64,000 bases of DNA from a virus. The stretch lies in the IMG/VR virus record IMGVR_UViG_3300008107_000017, positions 32,001 through 96,000 of that record. One strand, written 5' to 3'. Below, piece after piece: positions 48,737 to 59,810 of the stretch (position 1 is its first letter; every line of letters starts with the position of its first letter). The position numbers and the translations under genes were made by a program. The notes under the pieces are model-generated. The model was given only the letters and a program-made list of their open reading frames with translations. It was not told the DNA's origin and made no database searches.

Positions 48737-49349
48737 AACCTACAAAGAACTGGCAATTGAGTTTAAGAAAACTCGCTCAGAAAGAATTTACAATGAACTT
48801 TACAAAAAGATGAGACCAGGATTATGGTCTTATGTAAATAACATCGTAAGAGATCCGGCGGTGGCTGATGATATTGTATCAACCACATTAACAAATGTTT
48901 ACTTAAAGATTGATCAATATGATGAATCTTACCAAATAACTACATGGGCCTATCGTATTGCATATAATGAATGCATTGGATGGATTAGGTTCCGCAATAA
49001 AAAGATAAGTATTAATGTATTTACCGATGCAGGTGTTGAACCTCCGGCAAGAGATGGTTTCCTTGAACCAGAAATGCATGTAAAAACCGAGGATGATTTC
49101 TGGGCAGAGGAAGATATCTTAACCGAACAGGTAAGACTAACTAAAGAAGCGATTAATGCATTACCTCCAATGTATAAGAGATACATGATAGAGAGATTCC
49201 TTAATCATAAATCATATAACGATATTCTTGATATCATGGTAGAACATGAAAAAGATATCAATCTACAGACGGTAAAGAATCGCATTTTCCGAGGTAGAAA
49301 AATAATTCAGAAACAGTTAGAGAAAATGAAACTCTTTTCTGAAGCATAA
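48723..49349 (+). CDS. ECF-type sigma-70 factor
   Basis: DDIV...TWAYRIAYNECI (region 2); AINALP...SYNDI...TVKNRIFRGR (region 4). Confidence 0.88.
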   Translation: MAKSKTYKELAIEFKKTRSERIYNELYKKMRPGLWSYVNNIVRDPAVADDIVSTTLTNVYLKIDQYDESYQITTWAYRIAYNECIGWIRFRNKKISINVFTDAGVEPPARDGFLEPEMHVKTEDDFWAEEDILTEQVRLTKEAINALPPMYKRYMIERFLNHKSYNDILDIMVEHEKDINLQTVKNRIFRGRKIIQKQLEKMKLFSEA

Positions 49350-49368
49350 ATAGATAAAATAAAGAACT

Positions 49369-49809
49369 ATGTATATTTTTAATCTCATCAATGAAATAAA
49401 CATCTGGCGAAAGGTAAGAGCTATTGCATTGGAAAATGAGGGGCTCCTAAAAGAAAATGGCTTTAGGGTAGATTGGGTCGGTAGAATTTATACCGTTATT
49501 AATCTGCCTGAAGAAGTGGTTAATCAACCATTTTCCAGAGAAGGTTATGTACTTATGAAACTTCGTGAATATGACTCGATGTTTCTTAATATGGGAATAG
49601 CCGATGCTATTGCACCAGAACTAGTTGATTTACAAGATGCTGAAGCATATCTTTTAATCCTATCACCCGATAGAGACTATATTAAGCTTTGGCCATTTCT
49701 TATATCATTATTTAAGACAGGCGGACTTTTCTTATTATTAAGATTAGTATATCTTTTACTTTCCAGTTATTGGGGCAGCATTACTTCTGCCTTTAATTGG
49801 TTATTCTAA
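49369..49809 (+). CDS. Hypothetical protein with C-terminal TM segment
   Basis: RVDWVGRIYTVINLP and hydrophobic C-terminus. Confidence 0.55.
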   Translation: MYIFNLINEINIWRKVRAIALENEGLLKENGFRVDWVGRIYTVINLPEEVVNQPFSREGYVLMKLREYDSMFLNMGIADAIAPELVDLQDAEAYLLILSPDRDYIKLWPFLISLFKTGGLFLLLRLVYLLLSSYWGSITSAFNWLF

Positions 49810-49813
49810 AAAC

Positions 49814-50557
49814 ATGGCAACAAAAGAATCTCTTTTACAGACCGAGACAATAAATGGAAAACGATACTATGTTATAGGTGAACATAAGTACCCATCAGTT
49901 ACAACCATCTTAGGATCAATGACAGATTCATCTGGACTTGATAAGTGGAGAAAAAACATTGGTGAAGCCGAGGCAGATAAGATCTCTAAGTTTTCTGCTA
50001 ATCGTGGTACAATCATGCATCAAATGATTGAATATTATTTAGGTTCAGAAAAAGAAACTCAAAAAGAAAGGCTTAGAGAAGCACAGGAAAAAATCATTAC
50101 TTTTGTTGAAGCAGAAGGTTTTACTGAAGATGAATTAGAGGTTGGCAGAAAATTATTCTATAGTTTTTATAATAATGATCTCTTCAGTAAGATTGGTAAG
50201 GTTATAAGTATCGAGGAGACGATCTACTCCCACCAGATGGGAGGGTATGCAGGTAGAGTAGATAATATTTACGAGAATGTTTTATCTCATCTACTCATTC
50301 TAGACTTTAAGACATCTCGTAAGAGAAAGAAAAAAGAATGGATAGAAAACTATTTTATGCAGATTGCTGCATATTTTCTAGCATATTGGGAAATGACCGG
50401 TAAAAAACCGGACGGTGGAGAAATCTGGATAGGTGTAGAAAATGATGAGCCTCAGGTTTTTGAACTTACCTGGGATGATATTCAAGAATATGGTAAGAAA
50501 TTCTTATCCCTAGTAAAGGAGTATCATAAACTCAATCCATTACCTCAGAATATATAA
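49814..50557 (+). CDS. PD-(D/E)XK exonuclease
   Basis: YPSVTTIL, RGT.MH, AGRVD, DFKTS and YFMQIAAY. Confidence 0.85.
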   Translation: MATKESLLQTETINGKRYYVIGEHKYPSVTTILGSMTDSSGLDKWRKNIGEAEADKISKFSANRGTIMHQMIEYYLGSEKETQKERLREAQEKIITFVEAEGFTEDELEVGRKLFYSFYNNDLFSKIGKVISIEETIYSHQMGGYAGRVDNIYENVLSHLLILDFKTSRKRKKKEWIENYFMQIAAYFLAYWEMTGKKPDGGEIWIGVENDEPQVFELTWDDIQEYGKKFLSLVKEYHKLNPLPQNI

Positions 50558-50573
50558 AAAAACAAAATAATGA

Positions 50574-51407
50574 ATGAAACACATACAAACATTCGAGAGC
50601 TTCTTAAATGAAAGCATATTAAATGAAGCAGTGTCTGGAGGACCATACTTCCTTCAGATCAATTTGAGACAACAATACGGAGGAGGCCACAGCCTGGAAG
50701 CTGCAGTAGCTCCTTCGGATAAACAAGATTTTGCCGACATTCGCGACAAAGACAGCTTCTTGAGATCTCCCGAAATAGACAAAGCAATTCGGAATTTGAC
50801 TAACTGGAAACGCGGAGATAAGAGCGGAAAGATTGACGCGTCTTTCCTCAAAGAGTTCGAAAGGGCAATGGAAGGTATAGGGTTCAAGCTTGTTAAGTTT
50901 AGATACTCTCATCCTCTTGTAATGCAAGTATCAAATGAATCTGAAGCAGTTGCAGCAATCAACAAGACAATTGCATTGCTAGATAAACTTTACGATTCTT
51001 ACACACCTGAACTGATACCTGTACAACCAGGTCCTGCTTCTTCTGTAAGAGCTTTTGCTGACCGACTTGTGAATGATTATGTAAGTGGGAGAGGTGATGT
51101 TGTAAGAGAACTTGCAAGTTTTATTGAATCTGTGGTTGGTGCCAAGGTTACTAAATACCTTAAGCACGGACCCGATGACAACACTGCAATTGACGCTGTT
51201 AGAGACCAATACAGAAAAGAGAGCCCTGTAAAGGAAGAAACTTGGGGAGTATTGAAAGCATGCGCATATAAAGACGGTGTGGTAATTGTGTGGATCGAAG
51301 ATCCTGCTAAAACATCTACTCCAGAATACAACACAGACTATTCAGCCAAAAATCTTAAATATGGTGGTGTAGAACCTGGAGATGCCGCATTGGTAGTAAA
51401 AAAGTAA
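50574..51407 (+). CDS. Hypothetical protein with putative capsid-targeting N-terminus
   Basis: MKHIQTFESFLNESILNEA; late motif at 50548. Confidence 0.6.
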   Translation: MKHIQTFESFLNESILNEAVSGGPYFLQINLRQQYGGGHSLEAAVAPSDKQDFADIRDKDSFLRSPEIDKAIRNLTNWKRGDKSGKIDASFLKEFERAMEGIGFKLVKFRYSHPLVMQVSNESEAVAAINKTIALLDKLYDSYTPELIPVQPGPASSVRAFADRLVNDYVSGRGDVVRELASFIESVVGAKVTKYLKHGPDDNTAIDAVRDQYRKESPVKEETWGVLKACAYKDGVVIVWIEDPAKTSTPEYNTDYSAKNLKYGGVEPGDAALVVKK

Positions 51408-51414
51408 ACGTAAT

Positions 51415-51720
51415 ATGAAACATATTCAGACATTCGAGACTTTTTTTGCTAGATTTCTATCTGAGGAATTAGACCAAACTAGACATAAGGCAGCTAAGCA
51501 TATTGAGGACATTGAAACTGATAATGAATCAGATAAAAAGACCGAAAAGGATGCACAAGATTACTTAGACGATAAATCTGATTATTGCCCACGATGCAGT
51601 GAACATAAAGACGATTGTCAATGTCAGGAAGATGATCCTTGGTCAACTCAAAATTACCATAGAGTACCTCCAGGTAAAAAAGAGAAGAGTAAAGCAAAAC
51701 AAGAATTCAAAACAAAGTAA
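51415..51720 (+). CDS. Small acidic Cys-containing protein with putative capsid-targeting N-terminus
   Basis: MKHIQTFETF; CPRC...CQC. Confidence 0.55.
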   Translation: MKHIQTFETFFARFLSEELDQTRHKAAKHIEDIETDNESDKKTEKDAQDYLDDKSDYCPRCSEHKDDCQCQEDDPWSTQNYHRVPPGKKEKSKAKQEFKTK

Positions 51721-51724
51721 AGAT

Positions 51725-52012
51725 ATGGAAAAGATTAATTTATTTTTTGCAAAAAATGGATCAAAAGTTATCACAGTTCTTTTGATTCTTTTGTACTTTA
51801 AATCATGCGGAGTTGATAGCGAATTAGAGAGACTTAAAAAGGAATCTAAAGCAAACACTGAATTGATTAATAAGCTTCCCTCTGCGGCTGATGTAAAGAT
51901 TGAAGGCTTAAATGCAGAGAAAAGAATGATCCAAGCAACAGATCGTAAGATGTTGGATGTACAGCGTCAAAACGAAATTGAAAAAGAGATCAAAATATTA
52001 CAAGGTAAATAA
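51725..52012 (+). CDS. Membrane-anchored coiled-coil protein (spanin-like candidate)
   Basis: Hydrophobic segment ending YFKSC followed by a coiled coil. Confidence 0.45.
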   Translation: MEKINLFFAKNGSKVITVLLILLYFKSCGVDSELERLKKESKANTELINKLPSAADVKIEGLNAEKRMIQATDRKMLDVQRQNEIEKEIKILQGK

Positions 52013-54288
52013 TGGCAAATATCATACCAGGTGTACCAACGCCAAGTGATCCATCGTGTGCTCTTACCATTTGCGGTAGAATTATAGCACAAGTAGATTG
52101 CATTAAGTATATAATGCAAGGTACATCCGCGTGTATTGATATTCAGTTTTTTGGTGCTGATGGTCAACCTCTTGACCTAGATCGTTTTTGCGAAATGCAA
52201 ATTCAATTAACGAATGAATTTGAATGCGTTGTTGCAAATTTTTGGTATCCTGGTGTTCCTACTGGATCAAAAGGATTTGATATTGAGATTTTACAATACA
52301 CTACAACAGGTGGTCATATTGTAAATAAGGGTCTTGTTAGAATATGCTTATCAACTAACTGTACATTAACTTCACCTGGTGCTGTTTCTGCAGAGATCAT
52401 ATTAAAGGAATGTTTATTAACAGGTGAGCAAGGAATTTTAACTGGAGTACCTACACCAACCGGAGCGGATGGTGAAACGTTTGGCATTCCATGTTTACTA
52501 ATTGCAAATATTCTTAATTCAAAAATTGCAAAAAACGGTGGAGATAGCGGATGTTTTCCTGGATACATTCCACCTCAGCCTGGTAGTAGTGGTATAGGAT
52601 ACGCAATAGGATCAACTGGAGCAACAGGTATTCACGGGGCAACTGGTGTGCAAGGTTTGGCTGGAGAAGGCTCAACTGGTGCAACAGGAACACAAGGATT
52701 TACTGGTTCAACCGGATCGCAAGGTAATCAAGGATTTACTGGTTCAACTGGTGCAACAGGAACTCAAGGATTTACTGGTTCAACCGGATCGCAAGGTAAT
52801 CAAGGATTTACTGGTTCAACCGGATCGCAAGGTAATCAAGGATTTATTGGTGCAACCGGTATAGGTGCAACCGGCCCCCAAGGTGCAGGTGGTACATTAG
52901 GTTATTGGGGTAGTTTTTGGAGTACACAAACACAAACCAATCCAACACCTAATGCCGTTAATGTAATGTCATTTAATAACACTGACCCAGATTCAAATGG
53001 TGTTTCTATTCAAAATAACACGGAACTAACATTTGCATATGAAGGTGTTTATAATATACAATTTTCTGCACAGGTTAATAGAATACTTGCCGCTCCTTTA
53101 GCGGCAGAGGTTGATATTTGGTTTGCAAAAAATGGAGTATCAATCCCTGACTCTAACACCATTTTGTTCATTTCAGGACCGAGCTCTGGGGCAAAGGATG
53201 TTGCTGCATGGAATTATCAACTAAAACTAAATGCAGGAGACTACATTGAACTCTATTGGTCATGTCCTAATACTGATATTGAACTTACGTACATACCCGT
53301 AACATTTAGTCCTACTCGCCCAGCTGTACCATCTGTAATTTTAACTGCTCAACAAGTAACATATACGCAAAAAGGTGCAACCGGCGCAACTGGCACACAG
53401 GGCGATCCTGGTGCAACTGGAACCCAGGGTGATCCAGGTTTTATTGGAGCAACAGGTTTAGGTTCTACTGGCGCAACTGGTGCTCAAGGTGACCCAGGTC
53501 TAATTGGAGCAACTGGAATGGGTTTTATTGGAGCAACTGGAATGGGTTCTACTGGGGCCACTGGAACCCAAGGGGATCCGGGTCTAATTGGAGCAACTGG
53601 AACAGGTTTTACTGGAGCCACTGGAACGGGTTTTACTGGAGCCACCGGTGCAACTGGCACATCCGGTTTAAACGGAATACCTGGCCCAACTGGTCCGCAA
53701 GGTTTTACTGGAGCAACTGGACTAATAGGATCAACTGGATTTATTGGATCAACTGGCCCACAGGCAAGTTCCAGCGCAGGCCTATTTTCACAGATAGCAA
53801 ACTCAACTCCAGTTACAGCCACTACAACGGAGTTGAGTATTTTAGGCAGTGGGGTTGGAACTTTATCTGTTCCTGCTAATGGATTTGCAGTAGGTGATAG
53901 TTTTACCGCAAATATGAGTGGTATTATGTCTGCCCAAAATGGTAATACACTTAGACTTAGAATTAAAAGTGGAAGTGTGGTTCTTGCAGATAGCGGGCCA
54001 TTAACTATGCCTGGTAGCGGTATAACTAACCAGGTGTGGAATCTAACAATAGATTTTACAATTAGAGCTATAGGTGGTGCTGGTACTGCTGGAATAGCAA
54101 CATTAGGTCAAATGCATATTCTTAAACTTGCAAGCGGTTCACAAGAAGGTTTTGGTTTTAATACAATTAATACTACAACATTTGATACCACAACATCTAA
54201 TACTCTGGATGTAACCGCACAGTGGTCTAGCAACAATGCAAATAATAGTATTTACACCGATATATTCGTGCTAACTAAAATTTATTAA
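52012..54288 (+). CDS. Collagen-like (G-X-T/Q) fibre protein with globular domains
   Basis: Two GAT/GST/GFT-rich tracts separated and followed by beta-rich domains. Confidence 0.8.
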   Translation: MANIIPGVPTPSDPSCALTICGRIIAQVDCIKYIMQGTSACIDIQFFGADGQPLDLDRFCEMQIQLTNEFECVVANFWYPGVPTGSKGFDIEILQYTTTGGHIVNKGLVRICLSTNCTLTSPGAVSAEIILKECLLTGEQGILTGVPTPTGADGETFGIPCLLIANILNSKIAKNGGDSGCFPGYIPPQPGSSGIGYAIGSTGATGIHGATGVQGLAGEGSTGATGTQGFTGSTGSQGNQGFTGSTGATGTQGFTGSTGSQGNQGFTGSTGSQGNQGFIGATGIGATGPQGAGGTLGYWGSFWSTQTQTNPTPNAVNVMSFNNTDPDSNGVSIQNNTELTFAYEGVYNIQFSAQVNRILAAPLAAEVDIWFAKNGVSIPDSNTILFISGPSSGAKDVAAWNYQLKLNAGDYIELYWSCPNTDIELTYIPVTFSPTRPAVPSVILTAQQVTYTQKGATGATGTQGDPGATGTQGDPGFIGATGLGSTGATGAQGDPGLIGATGMGFIGATGMGSTGATGTQGDPGLIGATGTGFTGATGTGFTGATGATGTSGLNGIPGPTGPQGFTGATGLIGSTGFIGSTGPQASSSAGLFSQIANSTPVTATTTELSILGSGVGTLSVPANGFAVGDSFTANMSGIMSAQNGNTLRLRIKSGSVVLADSGPLTMPGSGITNQVWNLTIDFTIRAIGGAGTAGIATLGQMHILKLASGSQEGFGFNTINTTTFDTTTSNTLDVTAQWSSNNANNSIYTDIFVLTKIY
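52693..52850 (+). repeat. Tandem DNA repeats within the collagen tract
   Basis: CAAGGATTTACTGGTTCAACCGGATCGCAAGGTAAT occurs three times. Confidence 0.85.
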
Positions 54289-54383
54289 TATAGATGAATA
54301 ATTTTGAATGGAAAGGTGGTTGGTTAAATAGTATATTACGGATACACACAGATTTAATCTGAAATAAATATTAAAACTAAGTC

Positions 54384-55049
54384 ATGAAAAATAAACTCGT
54401 TCATTATTTTATCATAGGTATCTTTTGTAGTCTTTATTTCTTAGTAGCTACAATCTCTATGATTAACTCTGTTGCATTTTTTGACCTAGCTCATAATGGC
54501 ATTATGAACTGGGCTCTTGCTATTGGATTTGAATTGGGTGCAGCTGCTTCTCTTGCTGCTATTATTATCTTGGATAAGACAAATAAAACAATGGTATGGA
54601 CTCTATTCCTACTTTTAACCGGATTCCAAATGATGGCAAATTCATTTCATGCATTTGTAAATCTTGAAAACTATATGCCTTGGATAGAACTGTTTGGTCT
54701 TGAAGAGGAAGAGCCTATATTCCAAAAAAGAATTCTCTCAATTGTGAGTGGAGCCGTATTACCTATTGTGGCTCTAGGATTCATTAAATCATTGGTTGAT
54801 TATATTAGACCTGAAAAAACTGAGGAACCTCTACAGGCGGCAATTGAAAATAAACCGGCCGAGGTACCTACAGAACCACAAATAGAAGCCCTTACTGTAG
54901 TGGAAGAAAAAGTGGAAGCCTCATCTATCATAGGTGATTCAAAGGTAGGTCATGTTACCATAACACCTGAAGTCACTGAAACTAAAGAAGATGTAGTGGC
55001 GTCCAAACAAGAAATCTCCCCAGTTAAACATTACAATCCTAAGCCATAA
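54384..55049 (+). CDS. Multi-pass membrane protein
   Basis: Four hydrophobic segments and an acidic tail. Confidence 0.6.
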   Translation: MKNKLVHYFIIGIFCSLYFLVATISMINSVAFFDLAHNGIMNWALAIGFELGAAASLAAIIILDKTNKTMVWTLFLLLTGFQMMANSFHAFVNLENYMPWIELFGLEEEEPIFQKRILSIVSGAVLPIVALGFIKSLVDYIRPEKTEEPLQAAIENKPAEVPTEPQIEALTVVEEKVEASSIIGDSKVGHVTITPEVTETKEDVVASKQEISPVKHYNPKP

Positions 55050-55091
55050 GTATATACTTATGAACTTATTAACTCAAAAAAATAAAAAGGT

Positions 55092-55805
55092 ATGCCAGCT
55101 AGAACCTATGATGATGAAGTGTTTCGTGAAAAACGAACTATAAAAAACCCAATAAAATTTAAGATACCTCTAAACGAAGAACAAAAATCTGCAAAAGATA
55201 TAATCTTAGCAAATACTATAACACTCCTTGCTGGTAAAGCAGGTAGTGGTAAAACGCTATTAGCATGTCAAATTGCCCTTGACGGTTTATTCCGTAGGCA
55301 TTTTGAAAAAGTAATTATTACAAGACCTACTGTATCAAAAGAAGAAATAGGATTCCTACCAGGTGATCTTCACCAAAAGATGGATCCATGGGTACAACCA
55401 ATTTATCAAAACATGTATCTTTTGTACGGTAAGGATAAAATAGATCCCTTTATTCAAAGTGGTCAAATTGAAATTGTGCCAGTTTCATTTATGAGAGGCC
55501 GAACATTTCTTGACTCGTGTGTTATTGTTGACGAAGCACAAAACGTTACCAATGAACAAATGGAAATGATTGTTACTAGGGTAGGTCTTCGTTCCAAAAT
55601 GATTATCTGTGGAGATGATGGCCAGGTTGACTTAAAGAATAAGAGTGACTCCGGCTTTAGATTTTTGTACAATTGCGCAAAGAAAATAAAGCATCTTGCT
55701 GCAATTACTCTATTTCAAAATCACAGAGATCCTATTGTTGATACTCTTATTGATATTTATGAAGAAGAGAATTTAAGAAGAAATGGCGGAAAGCCTAATA
55801 AATAG
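55092..55805 (+). CDS. phoH: PhoH family ATPase
   Basis: GKAGSGKT, IITRP, GFLPG, FMRGRT, DEAQN and GD..Q.D. Confidence 0.93.
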   Translation: MPARTYDDEVFREKRTIKNPIKFKIPLNEEQKSAKDIILANTITLLAGKAGSGKTLLACQIALDGLFRRHFEKVIITRPTVSKEEIGFLPGDLHQKMDPWVQPIYQNMYLLYGKDKIDPFIQSGQIEIVPVSFMRGRTFLDSCVIVDEAQNVTNEQMEMIVTRVGLRSKMIICGDDGQVDLKNKSDSGFRFLYNCAKKIKHLAAITLFQNHRDPIVDTLIDIYEEENLRRNGGKPNK

Positions 55806-55820
55806 AAAAAATGAACCATT

Positions 55821-56702
55821 ATGATATTAAAGAAAGGCTCCAAGGGAAATGATGTTAAAGAATTACAAAGATTCCTTGGTATTAAAGATGACGGGAATTT
55901 TGGACCAGGAACTGAAGCCGCTGTTAAAAAATGGCAAGCCGCAAATGGTCTTACCGCTGATGGTATTGTGGGTCCTGCCACTTGGAACGCTATGGGTGTT
56001 GCTACTACTGATGCTTCGGAAAAAGTTTATACGACATCAAATGGATTAATAGTTAATCGCTATTATATGCCTACTGATGAATACCTGCCAGGTCCTATTA
56101 AACCTGAATGGGTATTCCTTCACCATACCGCAGGATGGCATAATCCTTATAACACTATTGATAGCTGGGCAAAGGATACTCGTGGAAAAATCGCAACTGA
56201 ATTTGTTCTAGGAGGCCCTTCGGTTAGAGGTAATGACGATAAGTACGATGGTGTAATGGTCCAAGCATTTCCTGAAGGAAATTATGGATGGCACTTAGGT
56301 CAATGTGGATCTCAAAAAATGCATAAGAATTCAGTAGGAATTGAGGTATGTAATTTTGGGTATGTAGTAAATGGTAAAACATATGCAGGTACTCAAGTTA
56401 CACAATCACAAACTGTTGAATTAGCAAAGCCGTTCCGTGGTCATAAAATATGGCATCGCTATTCAGACGCTCAAATTGAATCATTAAGACTTTGGATTCT
56501 TTGGATTGCTGAAAGAGACAACATTGATGTTAGATCAGGATTACCTGCTTTAATTAAGGAGAATGGTGCTGCCGCATTTGAATGGAATGAAGATGCTTAT
56601 TATGGTAAAGCCAAAGGACTTTGGACTCATACCAATACAAGAAAAGATAAAGTTGATATGTTCCCTCAGCAAGAATTGATGGATATGTTAACAAGCCTCT
56701 AA
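55821..56702 (+). CDS. Endolysin: PG-binding domain plus N-acetylmuramoyl-L-alanine amidase
   Basis: DGNFGPGTEAAVKKWQ...DGIVGPATW; LHHTAG, SVGIE and HTN..KDK.D. Confidence 0.88.
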   Translation: MILKKGSKGNDVKELQRFLGIKDDGNFGPGTEAAVKKWQAANGLTADGIVGPATWNAMGVATTDASEKVYTTSNGLIVNRYYMPTDEYLPGPIKPEWVFLHHTAGWHNPYNTIDSWAKDTRGKIATEFVLGGPSVRGNDDKYDGVMVQAFPEGNYGWHLGQCGSQKMHKNSVGIEVCNFGYVVNGKTYAGTQVTQSQTVELAKPFRGHKIWHRYSDAQIESLRLWILWIAERDNIDVRSGLPALIKENGAAAFEWNEDAYYGKAKGLWTHTNTRKDKVDMFPQQELMDMLTSL

Positions 56703-56719
56703 AAAATAGAAAATATGAA

Positions 56720-56863
56720 ATGGCAAAAGCTAAAGCCGGTGTAACAAATTCTTTCAAAAGTAAACCTAAGGTATGTAGACCTGGGGTTCAGGCTAAGACT
56801 AAACAGTCTAAGAATAAGAAATCAAAGAATTACGTTAAGCCATATAGAGGTCAAGGTCGCTGA
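56720..56863 (+). CDS. Small basic protein ending YRGQGR (47 aa), not in the ORF track
   Basis: MAKAKAGVTNSFKSKPKVCRPGVQAKTKQSKNKKSKNYVKPYRGQGR. Confidence 0.65.
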   Translation: MAKAKAGVTNSFKSKPKVCRPGVQAKTKQSKNKKSKNYVKPYRGQGR

Positions 56864-57014
56864 CTTATTGTCATAGACACTTTTGAGTTTTCATGAAATC
56901 CATGACATTTTTTGTAGTGTTTTCTTAAAAATATAGTTTTGCATGGTTTTTATAGTTATAATAAACAAATAGGGGAAACTCTATTATAATAAAAAACTAA
57001 AAAAAAATTAAGCT

Positions 57015-57377
57015 ATGTTTTATTACAATTCAAATCATTTTGATGATCTGCTAAAGGACACATTTAAAGATTGGCCTACATGGTCAACAACAGTAACTTC
57101 ATTAGGTAATCACTATTCAGAAAAAACTGATGATGGTTATAAGTTGGAAATTGCAGTACCTGGTTTAACTAAAGAAGACCTAAAGGTTAAGATCATCAAA
57201 GGCCGTCTTAATGTTATCTGTGAAAAAGAAAATCATTGGACTTCTGCTTTTGACAAAACATTTACTCTACCAGAAGATGCTGATGTTAAAAAAGTAAAGG
57301 CATCTGTTGAGAATGGTATCTTATCAATTGTAGTTCCTATTGGTAAAGATCCTGAAAACATTATTGAAATTATTTGA
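57015..57377 (+). CDS. Small heat shock protein (Hsp20)
   Basis: LEIAVPGLTKEDL, FTLP and ASVENGIL. Confidence 0.88.
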   Translation: MFYYNSNHFDDLLKDTFKDWPTWSTTVTSLGNHYSEKTDDGYKLEIAVPGLTKEDLKVKIIKGRLNVICEKENHWTSAFDKTFTLPEDADVKKVKASVENGILSIVVPIGKDPENIIEII

Positions 57378-57419
57378 AACAAGATAAGTAAACTTGTATA
57401 TAAATAAAAAACAATAGAT

Positions 57420-57644
57420 ATGGAAAATCAAAATCCTCAGGAATTAACCCAAGCACAGGCAGTCAATGTTTTAATCCAGGCCGCTCGTATTGCACAGTCA
57501 AAAGGAGCATTCACGCTTGAAGATGCAGAATTAGTTTCTAAAGCAATTAAAGCGTTTGTACCGGTTAACCAAGAAAATGGCCAGGATCCTGTTATTAATG
57601 AAACTCAAGAAGAGACTATTCAACCGGTAGTAGAAAAAGCATAA
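57420..57644 (+). CDS. Hypothetical protein
   Basis: AQSKGAFTLEDA motif. Confidence 0.55.
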   Translation: MENQNPQELTQAQAVNVLIQAARIAQSKGAFTLEDAELVSKAIKAFVPVNQENGQDPVINETQEETIQPVVEKA

Positions 57645-57669
57645 GGTGGTTAAGATCTTAGTTTTGATC

Positions 57670-57700
57670 GAGGATCTGAGTAATCAGATCCTCTTTTTTT
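57670..57700 (+). terminator. Intrinsic terminator
   Basis: GAGGATCTGA-gtaa-TCAGATCCTC plus T7. Confidence 0.85.
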
Positions 57701-57735
57701 GCTTACAGATAAATAATAAAATTAAGAACCTGCAG

Positions 57736-59125
57736 ATGAAAAGGAGAATTCCTAAAATAATTGTTAACCCAACTAGAGTACAACCCAATAGGCCAATACA
57801 GGTTACAAACCAGGTACAACCACAAAGGCAAGTACCACAAATAAATAATGGACCTAGTGTACCTATAAATAAGAGAACAAGTTTTTCTGCAAAGAGTTCT
57901 ACAAGAGTTTTTATTCTAGGCGGTGGTCCTTCAATTAAAGATGTAAATCTTTCATTTCTAAATGGTGAAGATGTTATTTGTGTAAATAAGTCAATCGATC
58001 TGGTAAGAAATCCTACATTCTTTATCACAATGGATTATAGCTTTTTTGGCAAGGTTGGTGCACCTGTACAAAATATTACATCCAAGGCAAAGAGTAGCCA
58101 TTTTATAATTAATAAGGGACATAAGTATATCCAGGAGATAAATGGATCTTATGTTGATGTTAGGAATAACCTTAGGTATGCTGGGCTTGAACACTTTACA
58201 TCTTTGTGCAATTCAATTTGCAATCCTGGCGGGATATCGTGAAATCTACTTATTAGGATTTGATTTAGGAAATACTAATATTCATGCAGAAACTCATTTT
58301 CATGGAGCATATCCTAAAGTTCCATCAGAAACATTTAGACAAAGATTAGGTACATATACAGCAAATCTTGTAGCCTCTATCTCTAAATTATCTTCAAAGA
58401 GTTCAACCAAGATAATGACAATGACACCTACTCCATTAGAGGCGGTGATACCTTTGGTAAAAACTGTGAGTGGTGTTGATAAAGTAGAACTACAAGAACC
58501 GCCTAAAGAAGTCATTAACACAACATCTTCTCTATCTGATCTGGTAATTGTTGCATACTATACACTTAACACTCCGTATGAAGATGAAGCCAAAAAATTA
58601 ATCAGATCTCTTAGTAGATTAGGTCTTAATCACGACGTAGTAGGTGTTAAGAATCTTGGTGATTGGCAGGCAAACACCAGATTTAAGGCTAAGTTTATGG
58701 AAGACATGTTAAATAAGCATCAAGGAAAAAATCTTTTATATGTTGACTCTGATGCCATAGTACACAGTAAACCGGTTCTTTTTGAAAACTATAACTATGA
58801 TATTGCAGTTAGGTGGCAAGACTTTAGATGGAGAAAGGATGAATGCCTAAGCGGTACTATTTTTATGGCAAATAATAATAAGACCAGAGAACTCTGTAAA
58901 AGATGGCAGAGAATTAACATAAGCGAAGGACCTAATGCAAAAACATTTGAACAATGGAACTTAGGCGCAGTGATTAAAGAAATGGAAAGTGAAGGAAAGA
59001 TTAAGACTGATAATCTACCTGCCGAATACACATTTATATTTGATAGTATGAGAGCATTATATCCTAATGCAGTACCTATTATTGAACATTTTCAGGCTAG
59101 TAGAAAATTAAGAAATAAGATATAA
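57736..59125 (+). pseudogene. Frameshifted MAF/DUF115-like domain fused to a GT-A glycosyltransferase (break near 58200)
   Basis: ILGGGPS...CVNK lies in one frame and CAIQFAILAGYREIYLLGFD plus YVDSD in another; the NSG segment seen in paralogue 15470-16279 is missing. Confidence 0.65.
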
Positions 59126-59131
59126 TTATTT

Positions 59132-59806
59132 ATGAAAATTAATGAATACTTCGATAAAGTAATCTGTATCAATCTCGCTAAGCGTAATGATAGATGGGAA
59201 GAAATGCAGAAACAATTTAAGAAACATAACATTAAGGTAAGTAGATTTAATGCGATTGATGGAAATCCTATGGGATGGAAAAGTGATAACTTTGAAGGTA
59301 AAGAAACATCGTTTGCCGGCGCTATGGGTTGTATTGCAAGTCATGTTAATGTTTATAGTTTAGCAAAACAAAACGGTTGGAAAAATGTTTTAATCATCGA
59401 AGATGATTGCGATTTTATAGACGATTTGAATAAAATGTTTGAAGAGTCTATAAAAACATTACCTAATAAATGGGATCTTTTATACTTTGGTGGTGTTCAT
59501 GAAACACGTGGTGGTAAATTTGTTCCTGAAAAATTTAATAAGTTTTTTGTTAAGGCAAAAAGAATTATAACAACTACATGTTATGCAGTGAATCATACTG
59601 CGTATGATTTGATTTTAGATACTGTATTGGAAAAGAAGCCGTATTTTGATTGTCCTATTGATACATATCTAGGTGCATATATTCAACCTAATCTAGAAAC
59701 ATACGCATATCATCCTCCGATTGCTTGGCAAAGACCAAGTCATAGCGATATCCAAAATGCACATCGTGATTATTCTGAAATGATGAAAAATAATAATGTA
59801 AAGTAG
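59132..59806 (+). CDS. Glycosyltransferase family 25-like
   Basis: CINLAKRNDR, RFNAIDG, GCIASH and IIEDD. Confidence 0.85.
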   Translation: MKINEYFDKVICINLAKRNDRWEEMQKQFKKHNIKVSRFNAIDGNPMGWKSDNFEGKETSFAGAMGCIASHVNVYSLAKQNGWKNVLIIEDDCDFIDDLNKMFEESIKTLPNKWDLLYFGGVHETRGGKFVPEKFNKFFVKAKRIITTTCYAVNHTAYDLILDTVLEKKPYFDCPIDTYLGAYIQPNLETYAYHPPIAWQRPSHSDIQNAHRDYSEMMKNNNVK

Positions 59807-59810
59807 TAAT

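Noticed and set aside
49814-50557. Cas4 / CRISPR association
   Set aside because: No Fe-S cysteines and no array; this is an ordinary phage PD-(D/E)XK exonuclease.
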